Assembly: GCA_951406725.2 (NCBI GenBank)
Contig: OX597834.1
Location: 45,508,001 to 45,572,000 of the forward strand
Source of the DNA: Octopus vulgaris
Lineage: Eukaryota
Direction: 5' to 3'
DNA length: 64,000 bases
Shown here: in pieces, positions 40,801 through 55,572 of the stretch
How the letters are laid out: every line of letters begins with the position of its first letter
Numbering within the stretch: position 1 is the stretch's first letter
Notes under the pieces: model-generated
The model's input: only the letters and a program-made list of their open reading frames with translations
Told to the model about the DNA's origin: nothing
Databases searched by the model: none
Position numbers and translations under genes: made by a program

Positions 40801-42213
40801 AATGTACATTTCTTAGTATTTTTGTTGGGCACGTGCTAAGTGATATCCTTATGAAATTACAAATGTAAACACTAGTGATGTAAGCATTATAGGGCGCATA
40901 TACATAGTGTGTATGTTTTGTTTAGACGCCCATTTGCTGCAGGATGACGTCCAGGGTTAACTCTCAGTTTGTGTACGGAGGTTTCCCTGGACGCTATACC
41001 GCAGCAGATGGGAGTTTGAACTCTGCACTTGCGATCGATAATATATTACGGATAAATATGATCTTCAGATACAGAACAGTTTTATTATATATCGAACGCG
41101 AGGCTTGGCGTATCTGCTTATTGTAGTGCATTGTGCTTTGGCTCTTACATAATGCTGCATAAGAATGAATTAACTTGGTATTATTTATAGACAGCTGCTT
41201 GTTGCAAGAGCCCTCTTCTTTTGTCCACGCATTTTGCATTTATTGATGCCTCTAGTTGTTTTATCACTATTTCTAATCCTTGAGTACATCAAGTGTTTTA
41301 GTCGCTAAATGGCTCACTTCAACTTTTATTGTTCTCAGATAAATCGCCCTGCTTTTATTTTGCATTTATTCAATCCTTTCACATTTGCTTTCAATTAACT
41401 TGATGAATAGATTCTCGTAGTAATGTTCCCTGTCTTTTGATACTTCTAATCCTATTCTTCCTCACCAACTGCGTTTTTCCTGTTTGTTTTTTTTATTTTA
41501 ACAAAGTTTACCTTTTTTTTCCAGATATGTGACGATGGAAAAACAGAACGAATGCTTCTGATAACCCAATGTTTATGAATGGAAAACACCAACGCGGCAT
41601 TATAAAGTATGATGCTAAACCTGAAAAAAGCTCTAATTAATTTCACACGACACCTGAAAGTAATTTGAGATTAAGCAAATCTGCTGAAGGTTCTACGAGA
41701 AGTGGCAAATTAATTAGATGTGAGACTTACAGACCCAATAAACCATTCAAAACGAAAATATGAAATATAACATCGAGGTGAGAAGCCTGCTGAAAATTGT
41801 GAACAATTGAAAGACATAAGGAAAAGTTTGAAATTATAAAAATGTGTTGAAAATACTGTAAACTTTTTAACTTAATTAGAACGGAGCTCATAAAACGAAG
41901 AAAATTACTAAAATTGAAGGAATTTATTTGTCATTTTTGCCGAAATATTTATAAAAGATAATAGTGATGTGGAGGGTATGAGAAACTTATGAATAATTTA
42001 AAACATGATATGAGAATGATTTGGGATGAGATAAACGTGCTGAAGTAATTGTAAAAAAAGGTGCTTAATTTAGAACTAACGATTACAGAACGATGGACGC
42101 CATATAAATGGAAGCAAACGATATATTTATATATTATCTTTGATATGATAAAATACCACAGAGACCTGTATTATTAGGCTAAAGTAAATAAAATAAGAGT
42201 GCAGTGAAGTAGA

Positions 42214-42250
42214 AAACACAACGTTTTGGAGAAAACCCTTCTTCAACTAA
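42214..42250 (-). ncRNA. Decayed hammerhead of the 61525 type
   Basis: Minus strand TTGAAGA A GGG...CC AAAACGTT GTGTT, i.e. CTGAAGA/GAAACGTT carrying C>T and G>A changes. Confidence 0.4.
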
Positions 42251-42945
42251 ACGTTGACGGGAAAATAAATAAATGAGACACAGTATAATTTTACATCCTC
42301 CTCTTCGAAAAACTGGCCGCATCACATCTTACAAATTGTTATTCTTTTATGAAAACCCTGTTGACCCGCCACTAACCAACGCATCTTTCTATCTATTTAA
42401 TAAAGAATTCAATGATTTCAGAGAGCACATTGGTGTTTGTGAACTTTAGCCACAACACATATCCAAAAACTCTTCTCCATATTAAACACGTCTTAATTAA
42501 CTGTCTCTTTTGACTAACCAATAATTTACATAGACGTAAACATACCAACACCGGTTGTGAAATGGCGGTGACGAAGGGAAAATCACAGATACACAGACAC
42601 ATACCCACACACATGCACACACACTGACGCAGACACATGATTATATATGCATGACGGGCTTCCTTCAGTTTCCTTCAGTTACCACTCAGAAGTCTTTCGT
42701 CGAGACTATAGTAGAAGACATTTGCTCAAGGTGCCACAGAGTGGACCTGAATCCAGCACCATGTAGCTGGGAAGCAAGTTTCTTACGACGCAGTCACTCC
42801 TGGAATCGACTGGAATCGCGTTGCCACAAAATTACAAACTTTTAGTAGAAACATTATTCAGCAACATTAAATTGAAAGTTATGGAACTCGACTCTTTGTC
42901 GCTCATTTTAACTTACTCTGTATATATACATACATACATATATAC

Positions 42946-42989
<44 letters not shown>

Positions 42990-43084
42990 CATACATACAG
43001 ACATATATATGTATGTATATATATATATATATATATATACATTTGTCTGTATGCGACTATGTGAGCGCGCACGCACACATTTAG

Positions 43085-43400
43085 ATAGATACATACATAC
43101 AAACATATATACAAACATACATACATAGATATATACACATATACACACATACATACATACATACATACACACATACACACATACATACATACATACATAC
43201 AAACAAACATACATACATACATACATACACATACATACATACAAACATACATACGTACACACACACATACATACATACATACATACAAACATACATACAT
43301 ACATACAAACAAACATACATACATACATACACATACATACATACATACAAACATACATACATACATACAAACATACATACATACATACATACATACATAG
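43085..43400. repeat. (CATA)n tetranucleotide array
   Basis: Directly visible. Confidence 0.95.
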
Positions 43401-44227
43401 ATCATAGGTAGGGACATTTAGAAGTTGTGACTACGTGAACAGGATTATATCTAGATTACGCAAAGTTATGCTTTTGTGAGATTTATGAGCTCAAAATGAA
43501 TAGTGTATATGCATGAACTGCCATCAACGACAAATCATGAAGCCCTGTCATTATAATATTAAACGACCTCCGTTGGTACCTGAAGAAATAGTAATTCTTC
43601 GATTACTAGTAAATTGCTAACCTTTTTTGATGCGAAAATCAGAAAAGGAGGTGTCTTCATTGATCTCTAAACCCAATTCGTAAAATGCTTCTTAACGAAG
43701 TCTTTCCTCGCTTATTGAACAAGATATAACTAGACGCCTGTTACATAGTTAAATAAATTATGGTTGTGCTTTCTGGGCGAAAAATTTGCGCAGGAAACTC
43801 TGAACAAATTGTACATAATTGGTTTGAAAGCTATCGACCCATGCGTTGCAAAATGCCACCAAATTTTCGCAGATTTCACGCTCTCGTGCATTTCCATCTG
43901 CCTTTTTCCATGAAAGGATTGGCGATGCTTCTCATTACAGACACACTCCCACATACACGCATGAACGTACGCACACGAAGTTCTTTCATATGTGTATGTG
44001 TATATTAATAGCAAGATGGTTATACAGTAATCGGCAAAGATTTATAATTCAGATGAAAGAACACAACAGTGCTTGCAGTACGAAATTCATTAAAGAGATG
44101 ACTGACCATTATTAAACAAGATGCCAGATTGAAGTTTTATCATCCCAACAACGGACAAAATACAGATTTTAATGATATTTATTCATTGAAGAAAAAATAT
44201 GAAATTAATGTTATAAGGACACATTCC

Positions 44228-44665
44228 ACTAAAAGTACAAGGCCTGAAATTTGCTGAGAATATACTGGTTCATTACATCGACTCAGTCTTTCACTGGTAA
44301 TTAATTATCGACCCCGAAATGATGAAAGGCAAAATCGACCGCGGTGGAATTTTAACCCGGAAGGTAGCGACGGGCGAAATATCGCTAAGCATATCGTCCA
44401 GCGGGCTAACGATTCTACCAGCTCGCCGCCATAATATTCATAATAATAATGTTTTCTACTACAGGCACAAGACCTGAAACTTGAGAGCGGTGGCTAGTCG
44501 ATTCTATCAACCTCAGTACACAACTAATACTTATTTTATCGGCCCCCCAAAAATTTGAAAGATATATTCGACCTCGGCTACATTTGAAGTCAAAACATGG
44601 CGACGGGAGAAATACTGCTATTCATTTCGTCCAACGTTCTAGCGATTCTGCCAGCTCGTTGCCTT
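44228..44665 (-). mobile_element. Two tandem SINE family A copies
   Basis: Heads GGCGGCGAGCTGGTAGAATCGTTAG (ending 44430) and GGCAACGAGCTGGCAGAATCGCTAG (ending ~44663) on the minus strand; shared ACAAG.CCTGAAA tails. Confidence 0.8.
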
Positions 44666-45049
44666 ATTTGTTTATATAACAAACGATAAAATGTAACACG
44701 AATAAAATTGCTATTGTCACCAATATTTCACTGCAACTTCCTCCAGGTACTGTTGCAATATATTTTGTGTTGACTCCTATATCATATTTCATAGATAGTA
44801 TTGCGCTGATGTTTCTGAACGGCTGTTCGTTATATGAGTTTTTTTTGTCTTATCGTCTTGTGTATCCAAGCAATTGAGCTGTTACTATATCTTATAGACG
44901 CCGAAAACAATAAAAATAAGTTTGACCTCCGGTTTGTTTGTTCTCAGATTGTAAAGAGGCGAAAGAAAAGTCACAACTCATTTTTCTTTCCAATGCTCTA
45001 ATATTTCTTTTAGCTCAAGAACAAATGGTGTATTTACCGGTAAACAATA

Positions 45050-45096
<47 letters not shown>

Positions 45097-45121
45097 TGAA
45101 TGTATACACTAAATATGTACG

Positions 45122-45181
<60 letters not shown>

Positions 45182-45499
45182 CGTACGTATTTAGTGTATA
45201 CATTCAAACAGCGCCGCTTTCTTTCCGAGTCCTACTACGTTTCACGCAGAAATTTTATTTCCCCCAAATCGTCTTCTGTTGACCTATAATTGCTTGGGTG
45301 GAAATTTAGGACACAGAAAGTCGACTTGTATGCAGGAAAATTCTGTACATTAATCACTCCTGTTAAGAATTACAACATTAGAGTTAAAAAAGAAAAATGA
45401 AAATTCTTCTAATTGAAAATCTAAGGAAGTACTAGAAATACAAAAATTCACCATTATGAAAGTGAGCCAGCAGGAAGAGGATTATACTTAAAATGCGTC

Positions 45500-45730
45500 C
45501 GACCATGAAATAGAGAATAGGGAACCAGACATATTGTTAATTGAGAAAGAAATCAAATAATGCTGGATCACAGATATAGTATGCTCAGCTGATAAGGTAT
45601 GGGATAAGGAAAGAAGAAAAGTCGCTAGATATGACAGGTTAGCTTGGGAGGTTAAGCAGTTGTGATTAATGAAAAGGTGGTAGTAGTACCAATGATTGTG
45701 GGACTCCTGAGCAGTGAGCAAAAATGAATC
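45500..45730 (+). pseudogene. R4/Dong-type restriction-like endonuclease fragment
   Basis: DHEIENREPDILLIEKEIK*CWITDIVC...DKERRKVARYDRLAWEVKQL...VVVPMIVG: the PD..D..KxxxY RLE motif. Confidence 0.7.
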
Positions 45731-45934
45731 GGTATATATCGGTAGATAGATAGATAGATAGATAGGTAGGTAGATAGACACAGATATCCATGGATACCTA
45801 TAGATAAAAATATATAGGGATATGTATTTATGCATGTATGATTCTCTGTGTATATACGCCTACTTGTTTGTTTACATATATATATATATATATATTTATA
45901 TATGCGTATATATATATATATATATATACACACG

Positions 45935-45977
<43 letters not shown>

Positions 45978-46026
45978 GTATATATATATATATATACATA
46001 TATATAAATATATATATATATACATA

Positions 46027-46060
<34 letters not shown>

Positions 46061-46141
46061 AATGTATATATGTATGTCTATATGTATGTATGTTTCTATG
46101 TGTGTGTGTGTGCCTTTGCGTTTGTGTTTTTACATAAATAT

Positions 46142-46181
<40 letters not shown>

Positions 46182-46700
46182 TGATTATATGGAGCGAAAA
46201 CAAGACCGCATCGTTTTGCAACATTTCAGATAAACGCAGTTTAATAAAAGACTAAACACTTGCGCTCACGTTTGCAGGATGTTGCGTTTTCGCATGAATA
46301 ATTCTAAAGGAAATATATTACACGAAACTCTTCTCACCAATCAGCTGACATTTTAATCATTTCCTGTGTTGGCGGTTTTGCGAAAGACCAGCAGCATTAT
46401 TTATATCATTATTGTTGTTGTTGTTGTTGTTATAGTGGTCGTGGTTGTGTATCTTGGTGGTGGCGGTGTGGGTGGGCAGACGGACGGGGGTGAATGTCAT
46501 CTTCGGTGCGGTTTGCAGACAGACATTTAAAAGTTGTATTATTGGTTCTTAACTAGAAAATTCCACAAATGGTGCAATTAGATTGCAATGAAATGCGGTT
46601 TAAATCTAGAGAAATACAGAAATATGAAGAAAATATGAACACACCACCTGTCTCTGTGCTTCTCTCTGTATCTTTCTCTCCCAACACACACACACACACG

Positions 46701-46755
<55 letters not shown>

Positions 46756-46791
46756 AGTGCATATCAACTTGTTTATCTTGATTCATTCTTT

Positions 46792-46830
<39 letters not shown>

Positions 46831-46846
46831 GGAATGTGAGTGTGTT

Positions 46847-46898
<52 letters not shown>

Positions 46899-47480
46899 TG
46901 TGTGTCTATACACAAGCAGGCACATATAGGTACGTATATATGTCCACGCTGGTGTCTGTGCACGTGAGTTGTCTGGGTGTATGTAGACTACAGATGATTA
47001 AAAACTTATATGTTAATATCTATTTTTAAACTCACTGTCTGCAGACAGGATTTCTATAAAATCTTTACTGAAATTTAATATGTTTGTTCCTTCAGTAACC
47101 TCATTTGTTCAAATCACATGGACCAATATAAATCTGAAATTCTCACAAATACAAACAATAAAGTTCTGTAGAATTTAATAGTTCACCTATCTTGGAGCCC
47201 ATTATCAGGTATATAAAAGTAATATCAAGAATCGAAAAAATGACCGAAGAACCATAACGCGTACAATACAAAGGGAACATTTCATACTCTTTCTGTATAT
47301 CAGTATGTCTACTCTTTCGTAGTGTTCTCTCTGTGTAAACATACACATGTACAAATGTATATAACGAGATATAGATGTAGATGTAGATAAGGATATAGAC
47401 ATAGGGAAACATATACAGACAATGCACACGCATATATACATACATTTATATAAACATATATGTATGTGTATATATGTATA

Positions 47481-47700
<220 letters not shown>

Positions 47701-48030
47701 TATATATATAGATAGATAGTTACGAGTAAAGGCGCCTGTGTGTGGTACAAATTTTAGTCCTGAAGCACATGGTTGTGGGTTCAGGCGTACAAGCCTTTCC
47801 ATTTGGTCAAGTGTCCTCTACTATAGCCTGAGATGACATAAGACTTCTGAATGGCTTTGGTAGACACGAAATGAAAGGAACCTACCGTGTATATATGTAT
47901 ATGTACGTTGATATATTCACTCATACACACGCTTGTATATTTATATAGATACATGTTTTTATATTTTCACACACACACAAACATATATATATAGATACAT
48001 ATGCTACTTTCTCTCACTCTCTTTCTCTTT

Positions 48031-48061
<31 letters not shown>

Positions 48062-48339
48062 GCAATGAAAATCCGCGAAGTAGAAACAATACTGCACTGT
48101 ATATTTTTTGTTTATTTTTATAACTTGTATATATTTATTTCCTTATATATGTAAAGCAACTCCACGGTGGAATCGACATAAGCTAAAGTAATAATCCGCG
48201 AAAGGCGAACCGCGATATGGCGAGGGATTAATATATAATGATTTGAAATAACGTCTTATGCAATCCTTGTTTATAATCTACTCAGATACTATAACATTCC
48301 AGAAGAATCGTCTTATATATGATAACATCCGGTAGCCAA

Positions 48340-48842
48340 TATTTTACCTGTGGACGAGCTTTGCATTGAAAACGATAAGGTTATTAACCCATATTTCGTT
48401 CAATATATATAGAGAGAGATTCAGATGAATATGGTACTTTAGAAAAACGACCATCTTTGATTTTGAGAGGATTGGTGTTCTTCCATCAAGATAATGCTTG
48501 GCCTCATACAGCGAGGATGAGATTCCAGAGGTTGGAGTAGTTTTAATGGGAAACGATGCCTCATCAACCATATTCGTCCGACATTGCTCCATCTGATTTA
48601 TCATTTATTCCACAGTCGTCAAAATCATTTGGACGGAAAAAATATGAATTCCCTATATGAGGTCAGAACACTAGGACAAGTAAATTTTGGAAGAGGGTCC
48701 TTGGAATTCTCCCAGACAGATGGAAGGACATTATAGAAAATGAAGGAGAATATATTTTATATTAAAAATGAACTTTGTCTATCTCAGTTTCAAAATATTA
48801 AGAAGTATAGAAACACTGCATCGTTTATGGGATGACCCATAT
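48340..48842 (+). pseudogene. mariner (D,D34D) transposase 3' remnant with right TIR
   Basis: VFFHQDNAWPHTARMRFQRLE*F*WETMPHQPYSSDIAPSD has 34 residues between the catalytic Ds; followed by RWKDIIENEGEYI and the end TTTATGGGATGACCCA-TA. Confidence 0.85.
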
Positions 48843-48849
48843 GGGCGAC

Positions 48850-48920
<71 letters not shown>

Positions 48921-48922
<2 letters not shown>

Positions 48923-49259
48923 CAAAGACCCCCTTCGGTGACGACTGACCATGAGATTGCATCTAGAAAGTTTTTCTCCACGGAACAAGTCCGGGCTAGG
49001 TTGCTTATGGAAGACCAGCAGTCACCCATTCATACCAGTCTCTCCTCTCCACACCACCAGTATTATCCAAGGGAAATGTAAAAGGGCCGATACAGCTTGG
49101 AACCTGTGACGTCGCAACTCATTTCTACACCTGAATGGACTGGAGAATCATGAAATAAAGTGTCTCGCTCAAGAACAAAACACGCAGCCCGGTCCGGGAG
49201 TCGAACTCACAAGCTCACGATCTTAAGCTCGATTTTCTAACCACCGAGTCATGCACCTT

Positions 49260-49261
<2 letters not shown>
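48921..49261 (-). mobile_element. tRNA-derived SINE family C, full length, in (TA)n
   Basis: Minus-strand head GGAAGGTGCATGACTCGGTGGTTAG (A box) ... GAGTTCGACTCCC (B box), then CTTGAGCGAGACACTTTATTTC core. Confidence 0.85.
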
Positions 49262-49336
<75 letters not shown>

Positions 49337-49467
49337 CACATACATATATATAAAGATATATATATACATATACATATACATACAGATATACACACACAAA
49401 CACATACATTGTATTTGACAAGGAGGCTGAAGGCGAGACAGACAACCAGATACTGACAGAAAGAGTT

Positions 49468-49510
<43 letters not shown>

Positions 49511-50133
49511 TACGCATACATACATAATACCCACACAGAGAGAAGGCAGGGCGATAAAATGAGGAATTTTAAAGAATATTTCTAATGGAAAGATTGGCCT
49601 CTAGGGGGAGGTCTGCAGAATACTATTCAAAATTCATTCGCCATTTTAAAAGCATAACAGTCGTATTAATGTCTCATTGAGATAGCGATTTTCGTGATTT
49701 ATTGTAAGAGGAATGGCGAACAGTATCGCGGGAAATACGCTATTTCGTACGGCACTAGATGGAGTGCAGTGTTTCATCTATATCGATTGATCGATTTTAT
49801 ATATTACCTCCTCTCCTTCGACTGATCTCGTTATATGTCTTGTCTCAAATGTCTAGCATGTATATAAACGATATTGGCAGCATATTATATGTGATGTCAG
49901 CCATACTTAATATCCGGTCATATTTTCCGTCGTCATGATGTAGTGGCGCAGTTGTCTAGTGTTCAGAGGGAAAGGTTAACGAAGAAGATATTTCGTTCGC
50001 TACAACAATCTTAATCCTTGAAGCCAGCAAGCTTTTCAACATCGCGGTAAAGTAGAACTTGTATGAAGACGATGTGTGCATGTTTGGATTTATTTATATC
50101 AAGTGTATACGTATGAATCTAGCAAGTATATAT

Positions 50134-50166
<33 letters not shown>

Positions 50167-50218
50167 TATATTTACACACATATATGTGTGTATGTATATA
50201 TACATATATATATGTATG

Positions 50219-50274
<56 letters not shown>

Positions 50275-50463
50275 CATACATATATATATATATTTGGGCG
50301 TATGGGTATGTGTATATTTATGCAAATGTATGTGTGCGTATAAACTGTCTTTATTAATGTGTTTACGGATGCTATGTTATATACGTATATATGAACTAAG
50401 CGATGGGTATGCATACACTTATACAGGTATACACACATAAGCAAACACAGAAACACAAACACG

Positions 50464-50527
<64 letters not shown>

Positions 50528-51199
50528 CGGATATGCGCGTGTGTATATATATATTCATATATATTCGCAGAAGCAAAGAGAATTTTGCACATTCATGAGT
50601 AGCAACGAAAACGCAAACTCTTATGAGAGCGTGTGTGGTTTTACACATACACACACGCACACACACACGCACACACAAACACATGCATATACACACACAT
50701 ATGCATACACTCGAAGCTTGCCAATTTCATGCTAAACAACACGGCATGTTTCTGCGAAAAGTAATTACTTTCTTCAGTTCTTGTTGAGAGCCTCTCCCTA
50801 TAAACCAGACAATCAGCTTCTTGTACTTTATGTAAGACATGGAATGAAAGAACGAAAATATCATCTACTCTCTACATCTACGAGTAACACATTCGCATAT
50901 CTTATTGCTATGAATCGACGCCGTAATGCCAACACGCTTCTCCCAGCAATTTATACACGACACAAAGATTCGTTTGCGAGTTGAACCGTTGGTTGTTGTT
51001 ACTGCTTTTGTTATGACTTCTGCTCTCCTGAAAACTACTTATTGAGCAGACACGAGATCTAATATACTCCGTCTGTTTCCAATTCAAACATATTGCATTA
51101 AGTAAAATGGGGGCAGTAACGTGTATAATTCTGTGAATAAAAGAACGTAAATTAATTAAAAAATACTTTGAAAAATGTGGAGGAAACATCTTTGGCTTA

Positions 51200-51400
51200 T
51201 ATATCAAAGCAACTGAGATTTTTGGTCATGTGATGAGGAAAGATGGCGTGTAGAATTTAGCGACGGCTGGAAGGATTGAAGGCAGAAGTAAGGCAAGGGA
51301 ACACATGATATAAATGTTAAACTTGATGAACTGGTTGTAAGAAAGAGTGATTAAACACCTACCGACATCCTACATTCTTATCATGGCAGCTAAATGAAGA
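51200..51400 (+). pseudogene. RTE (BovB-like) LINE C-terminal fragment
   Basis: KQLR/FGHVMRKDGV*NLATAGRIEGRSKAR, matching the GHVMR...GKIEGKRxRGR motif. Confidence 0.65.
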
Positions 51401-52025
51401 AAGATGCTTTTTAACGTGGAAGTTAGGGGGAATGAATACGGAAATCATATTAATCCAAGTTAATTAGAAATCGAATAAAGCAAGGTTGAGCGTCATGGAT
51501 TATTGATTTGATACTAATGAATTTTAGTGATTTAAAATATTAACTAGTCTATGACGGGACATCTGCTGTTTGAGGGGCGTAGTGACAAAGGATTAAGCTT
51601 CAACAATTAAAATTACATTTGTAATGAACAAAGAAATTATTCAGCGGGATTTTCGCTCTATATTGTTTACTGGGGCGGTTTCATTTAGTTGTATGAACCT
51701 TTGTCATACACGAAGACTACTAAAGAGTGCATGTGATATTTTCATGTCCCTAAAAAAACCAGACGTGTTTTAGGCGAAGGGTTTTGTAAATAGATTGTTC
51801 AACAATTTCGTTCCATATTTAAAATTGTTTACTGCGGGTTTATCTACATCCCTTTTACTTGTGACATGCTTCAGTTATTCGATTGCATCCATACTGGGGC
51901 ACCCTGTCCCTTTAAGGGGTTTTCAGCGTATAATCTGATATGAAAAAATCCGTGAGAGGTAAGACTGATTTTAGATATCTCCAATCTGTAACTAAGCCAG
52001 AACAAGCGCTAGAAATGATGACGAA

Positions 52026-52123
<98 letters not shown>

Positions 52124-52349
52124 GTTTTAAGTTTCTATGGCGAACTTTCCTAGAAATTTCGCTGTTATTTGTAGCATAAAGTACTTCTCCTGAAAGCTGG
52201 TCTCCATTGTATCAGAGTTCCATTGACTAAAAGTGAATTCTATGCATATATCTGCATATTGAGGTTAAGAACTTGTGTGCCGAGGGTGCTATCGTACTCT
52301 ATTTCCAAGCGTAGGGCTCAGTATCTCATCAATGATGAAGCAAATAGAT

Positions 52350-52410
<61 letters not shown>

Positions 52411-52571
52411 CATGTATATCGATCTATTTATTTATTTATCAGCTTATTTGTCTATCTATCTATTTATATATCTATCTTTCATCTATCTAATATAATGTCA
52501 CTCAGACAAATACTCACACACATATATTATATAGATATACATATACATATACACAGACACATATATGTGTA

Positions 52572-52639
<68 letters not shown>

Positions 52640-52676
52640 CCATACACAAGCGTAAATGCATATATATATATATATA

Positions 52677-52817
52677 TTAGGTTGTCCCAAAAGTTCGTAA
52701 ACACTTGCGAAAATTGAATTTTTACTCGCCAAGTACTAACAAAAACAACAAAAATTATTCCTCAAAATAAAGACCATTATTTTCCAAGACTTTCTACGAA
52801 CTTTTGGGACAACCTTA
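52677..52817. mobile_element. mariner-type MITE, 141 bp
   Basis: 21-bp perfect TIR AGGTTGTCCCAAAAGTTCGTA (52679-52699) / TACGAACTTTTGGGACAACCT (52795-52815); TA flanks. Confidence 0.9.
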
Positions 52818-53006
52818 TAATATATACACATAGGTATATCTATAAATCTATCCATTTATTTATATATATTTATATATATATATATATGTGTGTGTATGTG
52901 TGCATGTGTGTGTGTGTGTGTGTGCGTGTGTGTGTGCGCGTGTGTATGTGCGCGTGTATGTATGTATATACATCAGCGGGTGAATGTTCATGTACGTATA
53001 TATAGC

Positions 53007-53040
<34 letters not shown>

Positions 53041-53120
53041 ATCTGTTTATTTATTCATCTGCTTGTTTGTCTATCTATCTATTTATCTATCTATCTATCA
53101 TCTATCTAATATAATGTCAC

Positions 53121-53177
<57 letters not shown>

Positions 53178-53207
53178 GCAGACAGACAGACAGATAGAAA
53201 TATATAC

Positions 53208-53270
<63 letters not shown>

Positions 53271-53669
53271 CAATGACATGAATATGGCGGACAAGGCAAT
53301 AGAAGTGTATTGAGAACAGTATATGATCATGAAATATCAAAGACTGGGATGGGACCGCTATATTTATCATCATGGCTCACCTTTGATATCAATTCCATAA
53401 TACGGACATAAATCTGTGATAAATGTCAGATTTAGAAATGGATGACATTTTCTCTGAGTTATATTCTGAACACTTTTGCGAACAATACTAAATACCGCTC
53501 TGACATAATACACTAGCTAGCTACGTACGTTATCTATGTTTCTGTTTATGACTGTGTCTATCTGTATGCCTATCGTTTTTTTTTTATTTTGTCTCTGTGC
53601 CTGCATTTCTGTCTGTGTATCTATATGATTAACCACACGCACATGCACAGACACACACAAAGACACACA

Positions 53670-53737
<68 letters not shown>

Positions 53738-53747
53738 AATATGCACA

Positions 53748-53873
<126 letters not shown>

Positions 53874-53878
53874 AATAT

Positions 53879-53914
<36 letters not shown>

Positions 53915-54189
53915 ATACTGATATATAAGTTTACATATGTAGGTATGTGATATATGTGCATATATGTTTGCCTGTATGGATACATGCACTTATACACATT
54001 CGTATTCGTTTATATTTGTGTTTGTGCATACCTGCCAAACTCTCCGCACCACCCATGTGGAGGCAAAAGCCACGACAATTTGGAACCAGCGATATCTATT
54101 GCTCATTTAACTGGAGCAACGTGAAATAAAGTGTCTTGCTCAAGAACACAACAGTCAGGCCGGTCAGGGCATCGACATGCATATCACTG

Positions 54190-54830
54190 CATATCTCTCA
54201 CGTCTTCTCTGAAGGTAGCAGAGCTTCGATACTTTTAGCATCTTTCAGTCGCTTGGCTGTTTCATTGAGTCAATCTTCTTCGGGTAGAGGAATTGGATTG
54301 CCTCAACTTCCAACACCAGTATGATGCTCTGTGACAACGACAACTGAAAACAATAATCCGGATGAGTGAGAATATAAGTTCTCCATGGGAGCAGGATGGT
54401 ATCCTTTTTCTCAGGTTCTCAACAATCTCAGAATCCCTCCAGCCACTCACCTGCACAGAGTTGCCATCTTAATAATGTACATATGGAATGTTAAATCATT
54501 ACTCACGTGGATTCCCAGGTCACGAACCGCCTCTGACTCTGAGATGGCACTACTCTAACTCTGTTTATTCCGACTATAGTCTTTTGTGGGCTGAAAGTGG
54601 ACTGCTTCAAACTTCACAGCATTGAAGTGCCTTTTATTTTCATCAGACTATTTGAAAATTACATGCAGGTCACTTTGCAACTTTAGTAAGCCGTCGATGT
54701 CCTTGACGGCAACTGATATATTTGCATCTTCTGCGCAGAAGGTGAGAGTATCTGACTGTGCGGCTGAGGGCGTATCTAAGAGAGAGCCACAAAAACAGTA
54801 TTGGTCCCCGTACAGTTTCTTGAAGAACTC
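54190..54830 (-). pseudogene. Old CR1/L2-group RT fragment
   Basis: TLTFCAEDANISVAVKDIDGLLKLQSDLHVIF...FNAVKFEAVHF...EAVRDLGIHVSNDLTF, homologous to the 4128-5758 ORF2. Confidence 0.75.
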
Positions 54831-55351
54831 TGCTACGGATAAAAATCCCCTCAGAGAGAGAAAACAATTTTCAGCAGGTGTGTCACACACACACAAACAC
54901 ACACACAAACACACACACACACACGCAAACACACAAACACACACATATATATACATATATATATTATTACCAAATTCACTCGCATTCTTTGGTTGCCCTG
55001 AGGCTATACTAGAACACGCTTGCTCAGACTTCCATGCAGTAAGAATGAACTTCGGACCGTGAGGTTGTCAAGCAAACATTTTACCCCACATCACGTACGT
55101 ATACACATATATAAATGTGTGTGTGTGTGTGTGTGCAACTTTGTGTACTGGATCTCCCTTCCTTCATCACTGCGGCATTGGTGTTATTCCTGATGAATCA
55201 TGATTCATTTTGAGCAGAAAAAAAAAATTGGGTTTTTGGAATTTTAATTAACACAAAGGAAATCGGCAAAGTACAACCTCAATCAAGCTAAATGATTCAT
55301 GCATAGAACACTGACATGAAACTCTCTGGCAGAGACAAGTAATAAATATAT

Positions 55352-55572
55352 TTATCTTTACTACCCACAAGGGGCTAAAATCTGAGAGGACAAACAAAGG
55401 GATTAATTCGATTACATCGACTCCAGTGTGTAACTGGTACTTAATTTATCGACCTCAAAAGAATGAAAGGCAAAGTCGACTACGGCGGAATTTGAACTCG
55501 GAATGTAACGACAGACGAAATACGGCTACGCATTTCGCCCGGCGTGCTAACGTTTCTGCCAGTTCGCCGCCT
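55352..55572 (-). mobile_element. SINE family A
   Basis: CATTTCGCCCGGCGTGCTAACGTTTCTGCCAGTTCGCCGCC head and CCCACAAGGGGCTAAA tail on the + strand. Confidence 0.85.

Noticed and set aside
40930-42100. Possible very old Dong/RTE fragments
   Set aside because: Only faint motif echoes; too degraded to support by eye.
48921-49261. SINE heads (here, 57850-57898 and 59767-59833) as tRNA genes
   Set aside because: A/B boxes are present but there is no complete cloverleaf or acceptor stem, and each continues into a repeat body.
55188-55212. CTGATGA followed by the palindrome TGAATCATGATTCA
   Set aside because: No GAAA/stem III/NUH arrangement; not a hammerhead.
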